DNA from: Mustelus asterias
Lineage: Eukaryota
Assembly: GCF_964213995.1 (NCBI RefSeq)
Contig: NC_135823.1
Coordinates: 3,224,001-3,288,000 of the forward strand
DNA: 64,000 bases
Reading direction: 5' to 3'
Positions within the stretch are counted from its first letter, which is position 1. Each line of letters begins with the position of its first letter. The notes beneath the pieces were generated by a model. That model did not search any database. It saw nothing but the letters and a program-made list of their open reading frames with translations, and was not told where the DNA came from. Made by a program: the position numbers and the translations under genes. Of this stretch, positions 61,577 through 64,000 are shown one piece after another.

Positions 61577-64000
61577 CACTGACTGCAGTCTCATACTTGC
61601 TCTCAGTACACTGACAGGAGTCTCACTCTCTCAGTACACTGACTGGAGTTTCACTCTCTCTCTCTCAGTACACTGACTGGAGTCTCACACTCTCTCTCAG
61701 TACAGTGACTGGAGTCTCACACTCTCTCTCTGTACACTGACAGGAGTCTCATACTCTCGCTCTGTACACTGACTGGAGTCTCAGACTCTCTCTCAGTACA
61801 CTGATTGGTGTCTCACACTCTCTCTCAGTACACTGATTGAAGTCTCACACTTTCAGTACACTGACTGGAGTCTCACAGTCTCCCTCATTACATTGACTGG
61901 TGTCTCACACTTTCTCTCAGTACAGTGACTGGAGTCTCATGCTCTCTCTCTGTACACTGACAGGAGTCTCATACTCTCGCTCTGTACACTGACTGGAGTC
62001 TCAGACTCTTTCTCAGTACACTGACCGGCGTCTCAGGCTATCCCTGAATAGACTGACTGGAGTCTCTCTCCCTTCCTCACTGTTCCGCTCTTGCACTGTC
62101 TCTCTCTCTCTCTCTCTCAGTACACTGACTGCAGTCTCATACTTGCTCTCAGTAAACTGACAGGAGTCTCAAACTCTCTCTCAGTGCACTGACTGGAGTC
62201 TCACACTCGCTATCAGTACACTGACTGGAGTCTCACACTCTCTCTCAGTACACTGACTGGAGTCTCACACTCGCTCTCAGTACACTGACTAGAGTCTCAC
62301 ACTCTCTCAGTACACTGCTTGGAGTCTTACACTTTCTCTCAGTACACTGACTGGTTTCTCAGGCTATCCCTGAGTACACTGACTGGAGTCTCTCTCCCTT
62401 CCTCACTGTTACGCTCTTGCATTGTGTCCCTCTCTCTCTCTCTCTCTCTCTCTCAGTACACTGACTGCAGTCTCATATTTGCACTCAGTACACTGACAGG
62501 AGTCTCACTTCTCTCTCAGTACACTGAACGGAGTCTCAGACTATCCCTGAGTGCACTGACTGGAGTCTCTCTCCCTTCCTCACTATTCTGCTCTTGCTCT
62601 CTCTCTCTCCCTATCTCTCTCTCAGGACACTGACTGGGGTCTCGTAATTGCTCTCAGTACATTGACAGGAGTCTCACACTCTCTCTCAGTACACTGACTG
62701 GAGTCTCACACTCTCTCTCAATACACTGACTGGAGTCTCACACTTTCTCTCAGTACACTGACTGGAGTCTCACACGTTCTCTCAGTACACTGACCGGGGT
62801 GTCTCAGGCTATGCCTGAGTGTACTAACTGGAGTATCTCTCCCGTCCTCACTATTCTGCTCTTGCACTGTCTCTCTCTCTCTCAGGACACTGACTGGGGA
62901 CTCATACTTGCTGTCAGTGCATTGACAGGAGTCTCACACTCGCTCTCAGTGCATTGACAGGAGTCTCACACTCGCTCTCAGTGCATTGACAGGAGTCTCA
63001 CTCTCTCAGTACACTGACTGAAGTCTCACACTCTCTCTCAGTTCAGTGACTGGAGTCTCACACTCTCTCTCAGTACACTGACTGGAGTTTCATACCCTCG
63101 CTCCATACACTGACTGGAGTCTCATACTCTCAGTACACTGACTGGAGTCTCACACTCTCAGTACACTGACTGGAGTCTCACACTCTCTCTCAGTACACTG
63201 ACTGGAGTCTCACACTCTCAGTACACTGACTGGAGTCTCATACTCGCTCTCAGTACACTGATTGGAGTCTCACACTCTCTCTCAGTACACTGACAGGAGT
63301 CTCACTCTATCAGTACACGGACTGGAGTCTCACACTCTCAGTACACTAACTGTAGTCTCACACTCTCTCTGAGTACACTGACTGGAGTCTCACGCTCTCT
63401 CTCAGTACAGTGACTGGAGTCTCACACTCTCTCTCTGTACACTGACAGGAGTCTCACACTCTCTCTCAGTACAGTGACTGGAGTCTCACGCTCTCTCTCA
63501 GTACACTGACTGGAGTCTCACACTCTCTCTCAGTACAGTGACTGGAGTCTCACACTCTCTCTCTGTACACTGACAGGAGTCTCATACTCTCGCTCTGTAC
63601 ACTGACTGGAGTCTCAGACTCGCTCTTAGCACACTGACTGGAGTCTCACACTCTCGCTCTGTACACTGACTGGAGTCTCAGACTCGCTCTCAGTACACTG
63701 ACAGGAGTCTCACACTCGCAGCACACTGACTGGAGTCTCACACTCTCTCTCAGTGCACTGACAGGTGTCTCACTCTCAGTACACTGACTGGAGTCTCACA
63801 CTCTCTCTCAGTACACTGACTGGAGTCTCACACTCTCTCTCAGTACACTGCTTGGAGTTTACACTTTCTCTCAGTACACTGACTGGTTTCTCAGGCTATC
63901 CCTGAGTACACTGACTGGAGTCTCTCTCCCTTCCTCACTGTTACGCTCTTGCATTGTGTCCCTCTCTCTCTCTCTCTCTCTCAGTACACTGACTGCAGTC
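52756..64000. repeat. Satellite array, 32-bp monomer CAGTACACTGACTGGAGTCTCACACTCTCTCT with variant monomers and a higher-order repeat; runs off the window end
   Basis: Clean 32-bp period at e.g. 57253/57285. CT tract length varies, and variant monomers (CAGGCTATCCCTGA, CCCTTCCTCACTGTT) recur. Confidence 0.97.

Noticed and set aside
55064-62633. Ser/Leu-rich ORFs in the satellite, and a CRISPR-like appearance of the array
   Set aside because: These are translations of the tandem repeat. There are no unique spacers and the context is eukaryotic.

Overview
Repeat-rich cartilaginous-fish (shark) genomic DNA, inferred from HE1-type tRNA-derived SINEs and abundant CR1/HER1-type LINEs. Most of 1-52,700 is nested retrotransposon debris, and 52,756-64,000 is a 32-bp satellite with a ~3.7-3.9 kb higher-order repeat. 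Two multi-exon immunoglobulin-superfamily genes lie head-to-head about 36 kb apart, and their exons can be rebuilt by hand with GT-AG introns and matching phases. Gene A (minus strand, 6853->4252) is leader, V with a germline-joined J (YYC...FGNGSKL), C1, TM, cytoplasmic exon. Gene B (plus strand, 43226->49574) is leader, atypical V, C1, TM, three cytoplasmic mini-exons. Both resemble single TCR/Ig-light-chain-like chains but are already joined in the germline, show no RSS, have very short V-C introns (83 and 93 bp), uncharged TMs and extra cysteines. They are candidate non-rearranging antigen-receptor-like (VJ-C1) genes, possibly a heterodimer pair. I could not identify a terminal coding exon for either gene. 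Repeat boundaries are approximate; exon boundaries were read base by base.
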